Part shown: piece after piece, positions 17,382 to 30,561 of the stretch
How the letters are laid out: each line of letters starts with the position of its first letter
How positions within the stretch are numbered: position 1 is the first letter of the stretch
Assembly (NCBI RefSeq): GCF_009914755.1
Contig: NC_060929.1
DNA length: 64,000 bases
Reading direction: 5' to 3' (one strand)
DNA from: the human T2T-CHM13v2.0 reference genome, Homo sapiens
Notes under the pieces: model-generated
What the model saw: only the letters and a program-made list of their open reading frames with translations
The model's database searches: none
What the model was told of the DNA's origin: nothing
Translations under genes and position numbers: made by a program

Positions 17382-17492
17382 ACCCCTGAGGAGTTGGATG
17401 ACTCTGACTTTGAGACAGAAGATTTTGATGTCAGAAGCAGGACGAGCGTCCAGACAGAAGACGATCAGCTGATAGCTGGCCAGAGTGCCCGG
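17382..17492 (+). CDS. CTNNA1: Alpha-E-catenin coding exon 14 (111 nt; acidic phospho-linker TPEELDDSDFETEDFDVRSRTSVQTEDDQLIAGQSAR)
   Basis: ggcag|ACC ... CGG|gtaagg; symmetric phase 0-0 exon. Confidence 0.98.
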
Positions 17493-18608
17493 GTAAGGAA
17501 GCGCTCCGTGGGGCAGTTCAGCTTGTGCTGCCGACTTTCCCTGTCCCCTTTCTTGTTTCCAGGAAAACACCCTCAGTATTCAGAACACCGTTTCTCTCTC
17601 TCTGTCTCTCTGGCAGTAGACTGAAGTTAAACTAAGTTGTGGCACCTGCTAGTCAAATGTAGCCTCCTCAGCTAGAGGCAGACCAGGTCCTGGGCCTCCT
17701 CTGCAGTGCCCTGAGCTTTAGTTTATGATAGAGCCCTGGGTCAGGGAAGGGCTAAGATTTAGTCAATGCAGTGTTTGTTGAAAGGATCGTGAAATTTGAA
17801 AAAGATTGCTGCCTTTGTCCATCTCGATACTATGGGTATGAACTATTTAATTATTCATGGGTTTAAAAAATAACAGTGGTACATTCAAGAAAGCCAGTCA
17901 GAGCCATTGCATTCATTTGAGTCATTAAATCTTCAATCAATAGCATTTATGTTTTGGGGAGGATGCCAAGAAATATTTCTAAGGAGTCTTTGATTTCACT
18001 CCTTGGAAATCTGTCGTGAACAGCGAGCACATCCCTGCCTTATGTCCTGCTCAGTCATGAGCACTTAGGGAAGCTGAGAGGGAGGAGCTCCCCAGCCGTA
18101 GGTCTGTGGGCTGGAGGTGGGCAGCAGGCCTCCAGGTGTTGCTCAAGTATGGCCTGAGTGCCAGCGGTATCTCTCAGCCCTCTTTCTTCAGGTGTACATT
18201 CTAAAGCCACTTTCAGTTCATCTTGAATAGTTGGAAATGTCCATCAGGGCCCACCAGGGAAAGGGCTCCACACTTTCATCAACCCCTTCTCTCATTTCTT
18301 GTCTTATATTAATAAGAATTAAGCAGGTTCTGTCCCTGCACAGGTGTGATTCCAAAGCTTCCACATTAGCCTTCCACCCCTCGCTGTTTCCTTCCACACT
18401 AAAACTTGTGCTCAAAAGTGGGTCGGAAATTCAGGCTGCCATAAGTTTCTGCAAAAAATGAGAGAAATAGCCCTTCAGGCGAAATGAAACCTATTAAAGC
18501 ATTATCCTACCTATGCCACAGATTGCCTGTTGGAAATATTCTTGGCTAATGCACTCTGAGAACTTCATATTCTTTTTATGTAAGAGCTCTTTGTGCTTCT
18601 GATCACAG

Positions 18609-18790
18609 GCGATCATGGCTCAGCTTCCCCAGGAGCAAAAAGCGAAGATTGCGGAACAGGTGGCCAGCTTCCAGGAAGAAAAGAGCAAGCTGGATGCTGA
18701 AGTGTCCAAATGGGACGACAGTGGCAATGACATCATTGTGCTGGCCAAGCAGATGTGCATGATTATGATGGAGATGACAGACTTTACCCG
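18609..18790 (+). CDS. CTNNA1: Alpha-E-catenin coding exon 15 (182 nt; AIMAQLPQEQK...MTDFTR; start of actin-binding domain)
   Basis: tcacag|GCG ... CCG|gtgagc; translated by hand (absent from ORF track in this frame). Confidence 0.98.
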
Positions 18791-18965
18791 GTGAGCAGCA
18801 CCCCGGCCCCACCAGGCTGCACAGGGGCTACTTTCTTCCCCACAGGTCACCTGCGCAGCGGCTCAGACAGCCCAGGCCATGGGGCTTTGTGGACAATCTT
18901 CTTTTTCTACTCCAACTGTGAGGGGCTTCACATACAATAATCCTTGTTCTCTTCCCTCTTCTCAG

Positions 18966-19071
18966 AGGTAAAGGACCACTCAAAAATACATCAGATGTCA
19001 TCAGTGCTGCCAAGAAAATTGCTGAGGCAGGATCCAGGATGGACAAGCTTGGCCGCACCATTGCAGACCAT
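18966..19071 (+). CDS. CTNNA1: Alpha-E-catenin coding exon 16 (106 nt; GKGPLKNTSDVISAAKK...IADH)
   Basis: cttctcag|AG ... CAT|gtaagt; preceded by a 175-nt intron. Confidence 0.98.
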
Positions 19072-20713
19072 GTAAGTGACAGACTTGCCAGGTGGGTCTC
19101 CAAGCTCCTCCTGGGGCTCAGGCAGCCCAGCCTGGTCCATTCAGGGTAAGTTTCATGGGCCACAGCACTTTTGCCACTCATCTCTAAAAATGGTTCTTAT
19201 TAATCCCAGCATAGATTTGTAAGGATTCTCTAGAGCGGATGTGTATGTCCTGGAATCTTCCATCGCTTGGTAGCCAAAATTAACCTCTGCTATTGTCTCT
19301 TATGTCTCAGTTCCCTCTCTCCCCCTCTGGGCAGGGGCCGAGAGCAGCCAGAAGCCATGTGGCCAGTGCTGTGGAAGGCTGGTGTGCCTAGATGGGCCCA
19401 GGTTTCTTCATCCTCAGCACTGTGTTTCTCAGCCACCCCGTCTTCATCCCCCTATTCCCTCACACTGATAGGTACAAAAATACGGTTCCTACCGCCTGGA
19501 AATTGTACAATACATTTCATTTGGTGTTTCAAGCCTGATCAAGAGAAGCTCTTTCTCAGTTACAGTTTTTCTCTGTAGTTAACAAGCCTCCCCACCATTT
19601 TCCCTGAAATAGCCAAACTCTCAGCCTCATCTAGGCCACAGGATGTGTGAGACACAAGCCTCCTTACACAAGCCAAAGATTGTAAAGGCATCCTTGACTC
19701 CCACACAATCGGTAATAGGGCCTATTGCTTCCATTGGCCAAATGTATCTTGACACAAACCAGTCTTGTCCTTTCTGCAGATCTCCATAGCCACTTGGACT
19801 ACTGTGGCCGCTCCCGATTTCCTATTCTTTCCTCTCTCCACTTCCTTCTGCATCCAGCTGTCAATACTGTCATCTGAAAATGCAGATCACATGGCTCTGC
19901 CCTGCTTCCATGACTACTTAGAATACAGCTCATCTCCAGTATGGTCTGCGGGGTCTCAGTTCATACCACTCTCTGTGGTGTACTTTGCTCCAGCCTCACT
20001 GGAAGAAAATGTTTGCTTGCTATAAACACTTGAGAGGTGCTCTGTGTTTCTCCCTTTGGGTAAAGCTTTCTAGGCTGGTCCTAATCTGGGAGCCTCTAAA
20101 ACTCTGAGATGTGGAGCGAGACAGGAACTGGGCAGGGGCCACCCTTTTCTCTTTGACCATCCCCAACTGCTTTTTTTCTTGCTTTACTTTACTCACTTGT
20201 CTTCCACCTCAGCCTGCAGTGAGTGGCTTTTGTCATCAGGCATTAATAACGCAAAGTGCCTCGGAGCAGAAGAGTTAACTATTTGTTTACTTAGCTAAAA
20301 ACATCTGGACTTTTCTCCATAGCCAGGCTCCTGCTTGCTGAGCCGGCTTGTTCTCACCTCGAGGGGCATGGGCCTCCACCCTGCCGTTTGGGGTGAGGGG
20401 ATCCTTGGCCAGGGTGGTTTCCCCGCCGTCATAGGAGGGAAGTCAGTGGGAGGCTCAGAAGGCCTTGGCTATACAACCAGTGCCATGCGGCGCAGTCAGG
20501 GTCCCATGGACGACTTCCATCAGCTCACCCGCCTCCATCCCCAAGCAGAGTGTAGGCAAGGGCTGTGACTGCCTCAGGTAATTGGGTGATTTTGCTCCAG
20601 CAAGAGGAGAGGAAGCATGTGAGTGCCACACTGAACCTTTCAGAAACAGCCGTGGGGTCGGGGGTGCTTGGGCCAGGCCAGGATACTTGGTGTTAAGCCT
20701 GCTCTCTCTTCAG

Positions 20714-20848
20714 TGCCCCGACTCGGCTTGCAAGCAGGACCTGCTGGCCTACCTGCAACGCATCGCCCTCTACTGCCACCAGCTGAACATCTGCAGCAAG
20801 GTCAAGGCCGAGGTGCAGAATCTCGGCGGGGAGCTTGTTGTCTCTGGG
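20714..20848 (+). CDS. CTNNA1: Alpha-E-catenin coding exon 17 (135 nt; CPDSACKQDLL...ELVVSG)
   Basis: ctcttcag|TGC ... GGG|gtaagc. Confidence 0.98.
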
Positions 20849-20902
20849 GTAAGCATTAGCTGAACAAAAAGAGGGCCAGTGGGAACGTGCTGACCCTTGT
20901 CA

Positions 20903-21300
<398 letters not shown>

Positions 21301-21937
21301 TTCCTTTTCTTCCCCCAGAGAGGAATTAAGAGTAGACATAGATAGGGTGTTTTCTCAAAAGCCCTTCACTCCTCAGAGTGCTTGGGTAGCGTCTCTTTCT
21401 TTTTACCACATCACAGTTCTGAGGCCTTTCTCACCTAGGGCAGGGGAAAGAAGAGGTTTGCTGAGTGGATTGGGGTCCACCGAGCCTCCATGGCTTCTCT
21501 TAATCCCACTGAATTTCCTTTAAAAGAAACACTTCTTATATTGAACATATTGAGACCATTTGCTCATCTGCTTTGCCATAAACATCCCTGTCTCAATTCC
21601 TGCTTCTCCTCCCCCACGTGCTTACAGCTCTGGGATCACTTACAGTGACTTCCAGTTGGTTTGAGTGAATAAACACTTGCTGAGGGGTGGGGGTGAGCAA
21701 GGCGAGGTTGCCTCATGTCTTCTCCAAAGGGTCTGAGGGCAGGCGCTTCCAGGCTATTTAGATAAGAGCAGCCGTTGAGGGTGTTCTTCAGGAACAGGCT
21801 GCTGCCCAATCCTCTGCGACCTGCCCAGGCCCTGGTCTTGCAGAGGAGTAGGGGGCTCCCCTTCAAGCACAGCCCACCTGTGTCCACGAGGCTGGAGGTC
21901 AGGCCGGTGCTTCTTACCACCCCTGTCTGCCTCGTAG

Positions 21938-22225
21938 GTGGACAGCGCCATGTCCCTGATCCAGGCAGCCAAGAACTTGATGAATGCTGTGGTGCAGACA
22001 GTGAAGGCATCCTACGTCGCCTCTACCAAATACCAAAAGTCACAGGGTATGGCTTCCCTCAACCTTCCTGCTGTGTCATGGAAGATGAAGGCACCAGAGA
22101 AAAAGCCATTGGTGAAGAGAGAGAAACAGGATGAGACACAGACCAAGATTAAACGGGCATCTCAGAAGAAGCACGTGAACCCGGTGCAGGCCCTCAGCGA
22201 GTTCAAAGCTATGGACAGCATCTAA
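21938..22225 (+). CDS. CTNNA1: Alpha-E-catenin terminal coding exon 18 (VDSAMSLIQAAKN...EFKAMDSI*)
   Basis: ctcgtag|GTG; stop TAA 22223-22225; known C-terminus. Confidence 0.99.
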   Translation: MDSAMSLIQAAKNLMNAVVQTVKASYVASTKYQKSQGMASLNLPAVSWKMKAPEKKPLVKREKQDETQTKIKRASQKKHVNPVQALSEFKAMDSI

Positions 22226-22449
22226 GTCTGCCCAGGCCGGCCGCCCCCACCCCTCGGGGCTCCTGAATATCAGTCACTGTTCGTCACTCAAATGAATTTG
22301 CTAAATACAACACTGATACTAGATTCCACAGGGAAATGGGCAGACTGAACCAGTCCAGGTGGTGAATTTTCCAAGAACATAGTTTAAGTTGATTAAAAAT
22401 GCTTTTAGAATGCAGGAGCCTACTTCTAGCTGTATTTTTTGTATGCTTA

Positions 22450-22461
22450 AATAAAAATAAA
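22450..22461 (+). terminator. CTNNA1: Proximal tandem poly(A) signals AATAAA-AATAAA
   Basis: Two adjacent hexamers preceded by U-rich/UGUA sequence. Confidence 0.6.
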
Positions 22462-22828
22462 AATTCATAACCAAAGAGAATCCCACATTAGCTTGTTAGT
22501 AATGCTCTGACCAAGCCGAGATGCCCATTCTCTTAGTGATGGCGGCGTTAGGGTTTGAGAGAAGGGAATTTGGCTCAACTTCAGTTGAGAGGGTGCAGTC
22601 CAGACAGCTTGACTGCTTTTAAATGACCAAAGATGACCTGTGGTAAGCAACCTGGGCATCTTAGGAAGCAGTCCCTGGAGAAGGCATGTTCCCAGAAAGG
22701 TCTCTGGAGGGACAAACTCACTCAGTAAAACATAATGTATCATCATGAAGAAAACTGATTCTCTATGACATGAAATGAAAATTTTAATGCATTGTTATAA
22801 TTACTAATGTACGCTGCTGCAGGACATT

Positions 22829-22834
22829 AATAAA
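22829..22834 (+). terminator. CTNNA1: Middle poly(A) signal AATAAA
   Basis: Hexamer with upstream TGTA and downstream T/GT-rich tract. Confidence 0.7.
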
Positions 22835-23142
22835 GTTGCTTTTTTAGGCTACAGTGTCTCGATGCCATAATCAGAACACACTTTTTTTCCTCTTTCTCCC
22901 AGCTTCAAATGCAAATTCATCATTGGGCTCACTTCTAATAACTGCAGTGTTTCCCGCCTTGGGCTTGCAGCAGAAAAACCTGACAACATAGAGTTTGCTA
23001 AGGCAGTAATTTAGACTTTACCTTATTTGTGATTACTGTAGTGATTGATTGATTACTATTAACTACAAGGTATAATTTACTATCACCTTATTTAAATTTT
23101 ATGAATTAATTTGAATGTTTTTTACACTAACTAACTTTTCCC

Positions 23143-23148
23143 AATAAA
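23143..23148 (+). terminator. CTNNA1: Distal poly(A) signal AATAAA
   Basis: Hexamer at end of the AT-rich UTR, where composition switches to GC-rich. Confidence 0.8.
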
Positions 23149-24257
23149 GTCCACTATGAAACCACGACATCCAAGAGGCCAAAGTCGTCTTCTCTGCCTT
23201 CAAGTCATAGATTTGCCCGCAGTATCTGTGGTGCTCTGGGCCCTCCCGGTGTCCGTCTCTTCCAGGATGGGGATGCCCGGGAGGGAAACTGTCTGTGGCT
23301 CTAGGCTGCACGGCTCGTGCCAACCCATCAGGGAGGGCCATGCCCGTTGTCCTATTGAGTGCCCCACCCTGCACCCCCACCTTGGGAATTCACATGTCCA
23401 TTCCTTGAGGTTCATGTCAACCTCGGAGGCATCCCTGTCTTCATTATAGCTGACCCCTCTCCTGCGTCCTTCTGTCAGCATATCCCTTCTGCATCCTTCC
23501 CGTCACACATACATACCAAGCTATGATGATTGATTGATAGTGGCCTTCGAGATGAAAACCATCCTTAACCCCATGATCCTTCCCAGCTGGCATCCCCACC
23601 CTAAGCAAGGTTCCCTAAAGAGAAGCTTGTTGTCATTTTCTCCCCTTCCTCACTTACAGTCAGCTGTCACCTTGCTCCCTCCACCTCCCCTCGTCAAGGT
23701 GACTGCCTTCCACTGCCAGCCACACTGGCAATTGTCTTGAGACCTCACCGTGCAAGCGGCCTGGGGGCGTGGCGGGGAGGAGGAGGAGGACAAGGACTCC
23801 TGAACGCTGCTCACTCGGCTTCCAGGACACCCCGCTCAGGTTCTGCCTGCCTTACTGGGGGCTCCTCCTCCTTTCCTGGGGCTGAGAGGTTGTGTCTGTG
23901 CCCACTCTCCTGAGCTCAGCCAGAATCTCGCATGTAAAGACATCCAAATGCCGACTTCTTCTCCCCAGAGCCTGGCTTTTATAACTGACTGCCGCCTCAC
24001 GCTCCATTCGGATGTCTAATGAATCTCTCAGACTTGACCTGTCCAAACTGCTTGCCACCTCTACTCGCCACCGCCCACCCCCACACCCTCCATACCGTTT
24101 TCCCCACGTCACTGCCCCTCCCCCCCTTCCTCTTGCCAAATGCCTAAAAATAAAAATTCTGAGGTGGATCTGTAGCACAATGGGCTTCTAGTGACAAATC
24201 AAAATTCTGATCTTTAAAATGTATGCACAATTTACCTGTTACCGCCTGGCCTAAGCC

Positions 24258-24690
24258 ATCCTGCTGTTACTGCTGTGTAGCAAGTTGCAGCCAAAGCGAC
24301 CTCACACGGCTCCTGAAGGTCAAGAATCTGGGAGCAGCTCAGCTGGATGGCTGTGACTCGGGGTCTCATGAAGTGGCCAAGATGCCAGCTAAGGCTGCCG
24401 TCTCTGAAGGCTTGACCTGGCGAGGATTTGCTTCCAGACTCACTCGCGTGGCTATTGACAGAAGGCCTCAGTTCCATGCCACATGGCCCGTTCCACAGAG
24501 CAGCTCACAGCTTGGTAGTAGCTGGCTTCCCCAGAGCGGTATCTGCGAGCAGCGTCCAGATGGAAGCCATGGTGTTCCCTTAAAACCTGATACGGAGGGT
24601 GATTCCCCATCATGTCTGTATTCTGTGGGTCACACAGACCAAGGCCGGTCCACTGTGGAAGGCAAGGACGAGGTTGCCAGTGCCCGGCGG
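24258..24690 (-). mobile_element. MaLR LTR (MLT1-like)
   Basis: ctgctgtgtagcaa..., ggtcaagaatctgggagcagctcagctgg; subfamily not resolved. Confidence 0.65.
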
Positions 24691-25030
24691 TGGGCGGCCA
24701 CAGCCAGCCTCCCTGCCAGTGTCCCCCACAGCCAAGTTGTCCCTGTAAGACAGGTCAGCTCAGGTCATTCCGAGCTCAGACCTTCCAACGGCGTCCATGT
24801 CCCTCAGTAAAAGCCAGAGTCCTAAAGGCCTCTTGCCTGCTCTGGCCTCCTCTCACCATTCTCTGCCATCCTCCATCTGCCCCTGGTGTCCCTGAAGTCT
24901 TGAACATGCCGAGCACATCCTGCCTCGTATGCTTCCTGGCCTGGAATGCACTTGCCCCGGGACACCCTGTGCTGGCTTTAGCGTTTCCTTCCTGTCTCCT
25001 CAAGTCACCTTATTATCAAAAGGACTCCGA

Positions 25031-25176
25031 CAGGCTAAGTGTGGTGGCTCATGCCTGTAGTCCCAGCACTCGGGAAGGCCGAGGTGGGAGGATCGCTTGA
25101 GCCCAGGAGTTCAGGACCTGCCTGGGCAACATGGCAAAACTTTGTCTCTCTTAAAAAAAAAAAAAAAAAAAAAAAA
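25031..25176 (+). mobile_element. Alu left monomer (FLAM-like)
   Basis: Monomer plus long A-tail. Confidence 0.9.
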
Positions 25177-26799
25177 GTCCAATGTCCATTTATGTATCTC
25201 TTAACATCTTCCCTTGTGCCTCAGTGGGAAAGCAGCCCACACCATCCCTTGCTCCCTGGGCTCCTCCATCCTCTGCCAAGGCTCACAGCACTGCAGGCAC
25301 CAGCCCTCACTGGACTGACCTATGGGGAATAGCCAGTGTTGGCTCTGCTCATCCTCATCAGAGGCAAAGGGCTTGTTGGCATGTGCTCGATAGATAGTAG
25401 TTGAACAATGTGGACCATTATTGATTTAAACCAACCCATCAGAAGGTGTTAGAGGGCAAAAAGCTGGCAAATGAGAAGGCACCAGGGGCCTGGAGAGCCG
25501 AGGCTGAGGCTCAGAGGCCCTGCCCCGAAGTCCTGACCCCTCCTCTCACCTCACAGACCACGACAGAGCTGGGCCAAGCAGGAGGGGACCTGCCTGTGCG
25601 TGCGGGGCCTTTGGGGCCTTCCTGCAGCCTCCTTTATGCTCGCTCCTGCCCCTGTGCCATCTGCAAAGGGGACTGCCTCCCCTCTGCATCCCGAGATTTC
25701 GCATCCAGGACGGGCCCCTGCTCTCAGCAGTCTTGTTGATGCCTCATCAGAGGAGGGTTGGGGGAACAGAGCCAAGGACCAAAGCCGAGTCCCAGATCCC
25801 TCCACCCCACTGTGCCTCCCCAGCCTGTCACCCTGCGTTGGTGACCCCTCAGACCTGCTCCCTACTCCCTGCACTCAGCACACAGCCCCTGCTCTCCTGT
25901 GGCTAGCAGCACCCATGCCTCTCCCAGGATGGCTCTGTCCTGGTCCCTGCCTGCTTAGTGCCCTGCAGGGGTTCCCGTGTCTCCTGTGCAACACCTTCAA
26001 AGGCCACAGTTCACTCTGCAGCCTTCATCCTCACAGCTTCCAGCCCCAACCTCTTCCACCCTCCTCCCAGGACAAGGCCTCCTCCCCTCCCCACGGAAGC
26101 AAGAGAGAAGGAGCTGCCACGTGCTGGGCACCTCAGAGCCTGTGTCCAGCCTTTACTCTCGTCACCCCATTTCATCTGTGCGACCCGAGATGTCAGTGCC
26201 ATTGCTGCATCTCCAGCTGCACAGCTGAAGAAGTGACTAGGGGAGGTGAAGTCACACTGCGGCAAGTGGCTGGCCCCGCCACCCGGCTTTGAGAGGCACT
26301 TCCTCCAGGGCCCCCAGCTTTGGGCCATCCCTCCTGGACCCTCTGAGTAATGGTGATGCCAGTGGCCACTCCCTCCCTCTCACACCTTGTCGATTCCCAC
26401 GGTTCCCTGCCCGTCACCAATGCGTGTCCCTCGTCTCCCTTACCAGCTCCTTCTCCTCGTGGCCCCTGACATTGAGGTGCTCCAGGGCTCCCATCTGGAG
26501 CCTCCTCTCCATGTTCAGTGACACCCAGCAGGGGCTTGCTGGTCAATGTTGAGCCACCGGCTCTCTAGGGCCAGGCCAGGGAGGATGCGAACAGATGCAC
26601 ATCTGTGCATTTAGAAAACACGGGACCGCTATAAAGGAATTGCAGCACACCATTCACAAAAGGAGACGTACAGGACTCTAACTGGGAATCCCAGCCAGCC
26701 AGCTGATTCCCACAGAAGGCTTTCATTGATTTTTGCCAGACTCTTGCATCCACGGCCAACCTATGGTTGTAACTGACAAACGAGACTAGTTCCAACAGG

Positions 26800-27200
26800 A
26801 ATGCTGCTTGATATTTGTGTTTACCTTAAGGAATAAATGAAAGTGAAACAACAAAAACCTATGTTGGACTTTCACTTTGTCAGTGAGTGACTTCTTTGCT
26901 GAGTCAGATAATAGTTGTTAACTACTTTGACAATTTCTTCCATTTTTTTTTGTGCTACTGACGATGTAACTGCTATAGATAACACACATTTACATTTAAT
27001 TGGCATTATTAACATAACAAATTCACCTTTGATCTGTAGCGTTTCCCAATTTCCATGGGTAAATGCTCCCACCACATCAGATTTCGAGCCACGGGCTGGC
27101 AGTGCGAAAACGTGGAGTTGGTTAGAGAAGCCCAGGAGCGCGCCGTGATGCATCCTTCTATCACCCAGACAATTGGACCGATTGTGGTAAAATGTCATTA
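26800..27200. mobile_element. Probable hAT-type DNA transposon fossil
   Basis: Motif gtaaatgctcccaccacatcagatttcgagc resembles old hAT-Tip100 elements; family uncertain. Confidence 0.35.
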
Positions 27201-27708
27201 GGAAAGGATGAGTTGCTATTATAACTTAGGTGAAAATTTACACACAGTGAAATCTGCTCTTTCTGGTGTGTAATTCCATGAGTTTTGACAAACGCAGTCC
27301 TGTAACCACCACCACAAGGAAGATGGAACAGTCACCCTTTCCCCAGGATTCCCCTGTGCTATCCCAGTATCATCAAAACAGTCCCCAATCCTAAGTCCTG
27401 GCAACACCTTCCCTATCATTTTGCCTTTTCCAGAACGTACATAAGTGCAGTAATACAGTACGTGGCCTTTTGGGTCTGGCTGCATATGGCGCAGTGCATT
27501 TCAATCAGTGCGGCTTCAAAATGCACGCAGATTGCTGTGTGCATCGGTGGCTCGTTCCTTACTGCAGAGTTGTATTCCGTTGTAAGGGTGCATCACAGTT
27601 TGTTTATACATCCCCCAGATAAGAGACATTTGAGTTGTTTCCAGTTTTTTATTTTTATTTTTTACAAATAAAGTTGATATAAGCATTGACGCACAGGTTT
27701 TCACATGA

Positions 27709-27864
<156 letters not shown>

Positions 27865-28180
27865 TAAAATGAGCCTTGACCTATTTACAGTACCTCACAT
27901 CTTATACAAAATTTAACTCAAAATCAGAGACCTAAATGTAAAATTATAAAACTCTTAGAAGAAGACAGAAGAGAAATCTTTGTGACTTTAGAGTTAGGCA
28001 GAGTTCTTAGAGACAACATCAAAGTCACCATTCATAAAATTTAAAAATGGATAAATTAGACTTCATTAAAATAAAAACCTCTGTGAAATTGTTAAAAGAA
28101 TAAAAACTTACAAACAGAACATATTTGTAAATCACATATCTGACAAAGGACTTGTATCCAGAAAATGAACAGAACCCTCA

Positions 28181-28374
<194 letters not shown>

Positions 28375-29508
28375 CTGTCTAATGACTGCAGTACCATTTA
28401 TTGAAAAGACAGTCTTTTCTCCACTGAACTGCCTTTGCATGTTTGTCAAAAATCAATTAACTATATCTGTGTGGGTCTGGCCAATGCCACACTGTGGTAT
28501 TACAGGTTTATATCTTAAAATCAGCAAGTGTTAGCCCTCCAACTTGGTTCTTCTTTTTCAAAATTGTTTTAGCTATTCTTATTCTTGTTCTTTGCATTTC
28601 CATGTAAGTTTTCAAATAAGACTCCTGATACCTAAAGAATTCCTACGGGGACTGCATTGAATCTAGAGATCAATTTTGTGGGGACTGACATCATTTAACA
28701 ATGTTGAGTCTTCCAACCCATGAATGAACTCAGTAGGTCTGTCCATGTGCTTAGATCTTCTGTGATTTACTTCATCAGTATTTCATAATTTTCAGCATAA
28801 AATCCTGCACATATTTCACTTTTCAGTTGATTTTTATACACTGACTTTGTATCCTATGACCTTGCTAAAGTCATTAGCTAGTTCTGTGAAATTGTTTTTA
28901 CAGATGCCATGGGATTTTCTACATTGACACTCATGTCATCTGTGAATAGGGACAATTTTATTTCTTCTTTTTCAATCTGTATGCTATTTCATTTTCTTGC
29001 CTTAAGGCAGTGCCCAGAACTTTTAGTACAATGTTGAAAAGGAGTCAGGAGAGTGGGCATTCTTGCCTGTTTTACAATCTGAGGGGGAAGGAATTCAGCC
29101 TTTCACCCTTAAGTTTGATGTTAGATGTAGGTTTTTATGTGGTTTCTGTTCATGAGGTTAAGGAAATTCCCTTCTGTTCCAATTTGCTGAGAGTTTTTAT
29201 TATGGCTGCTTAATATTTGTCTACATCTATTGAGATGATGGTGTGGCCTTTTCTTCTTTAGTCTGTTAATATGGTGAACTAATTGAACTAGCCTTGCATT
29301 CCCAGGGTACACTCCATTTGGTTATATTATCCTTTTACATATTGTTGCATTCAATTTGCCAATATTTTGTTGAGGATTTTTGTAGAGATTTCAGAAAAAT
29401 CTAAAGTCTTTGCCATAGCCTACAGGATCTCCTGTCGCCATTACCTCCCTAATCTTGTTGATGACGGGATATTAGCCTGTAGGATATTTTTCTTGAAATA
29501 TCATTGTC

Positions 29509-29827
<319 letters not shown>

Positions 29828-30062
29828 TCATTGTCTAGTATTGGTGTCAGGGCAATGCTGGCCTCATGAAATGAGTTTGGAAATGTTTTCTTCTATTTTC
29901 TGGAGGAGACTGTATAAAATTGGTATTAGTTGGTAGAATTTGCTAGTGAAACCACATAGGTCTGGAGTTTTCTCTGTGGAAGGGTTTTAAACAGTAAATT
30001 CCATTTCTTTAGTACCTGTAGGGCTACACAGGTTATCTATTGTTGAGTGGGTTTCAGCAGCT

Positions 30063-30561
30063 TGTGTTAGGCAGAATAATGGCTTCCAGAGATGCCCACA
30101 TCCTAATCCCTGGGCCTGCGCATGTTATGTTACATGGCAGAAAGCGAATCCAGGTTGCAGATGGAACTGAGGTTGCTAATTGGCTGATTTTCAGATAGGA
30201 AGATTATCCTGGATCATCCAGGTGGGCCCACTGTAATCACAGGGTCCTTAAAAATGGAAGATGGAGGCAGAAGAGGAGGTCAGAATGGTGCGATATGAGA
30301 AGACCTTGACTTCCTTTTTTGGCTTTGAAGACAGAGGAAGGTCTAGGAGCCAAGGAATACAGACAGCCCCTAGCAGCTGGGAAAGGCAAGGGATGGACCC
30401 CACCCAGAAAGGAGTACAGCCCTGCGACACTTGGATTTTTGCCCCATGAGAACTGGGCCAGACTTCTAACCTACAGCACTGTAAGAAAATTGACTGGGAA
30501 TGTTTTAAGGCATAAAGCTCATGGTAATTTGTTAGCATAGCAGCAATAGAAAGCTAATACA
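30063..30561 (+). mobile_element. MaLR solo LTR (MLT1D-like) inserted in L1
   Basis: TG...CA termini; aggcagaataatggc, ggtaatttgtta...gcagcaatagaaagctaataca. Confidence 0.8.

Larger units (their letters stand above)
22226..23168 (+). other. CTNNA1: CTNNA1 3'UTR (end approximate)
   Basis: AT-rich, repeat-free sequence from the stop codon to ~20 nt past the distal AATAAA. Confidence 0.85.

Noticed and set aside
20582-20713. In-frame open extension upstream of exon 17
   Set aside because: Starts at TTG, no strong upstream acceptor; an open intronic flank of this length is common by chance
23750-23790. CTCF-like or GC-box motif downstream of CTNNA1
   Set aside because: Mismatches at core CTCF positions; not supportable by eye
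24223-26552. Long ORFs up to 230 aa (25600-26292) between the two genes
   Set aside because: Pro/Ser/Leu/Cys-rich with no recognisable domain, overlapping ORFs in several frames, non-ATG starts common; expected in GC-rich DNA and partly LTR-derived
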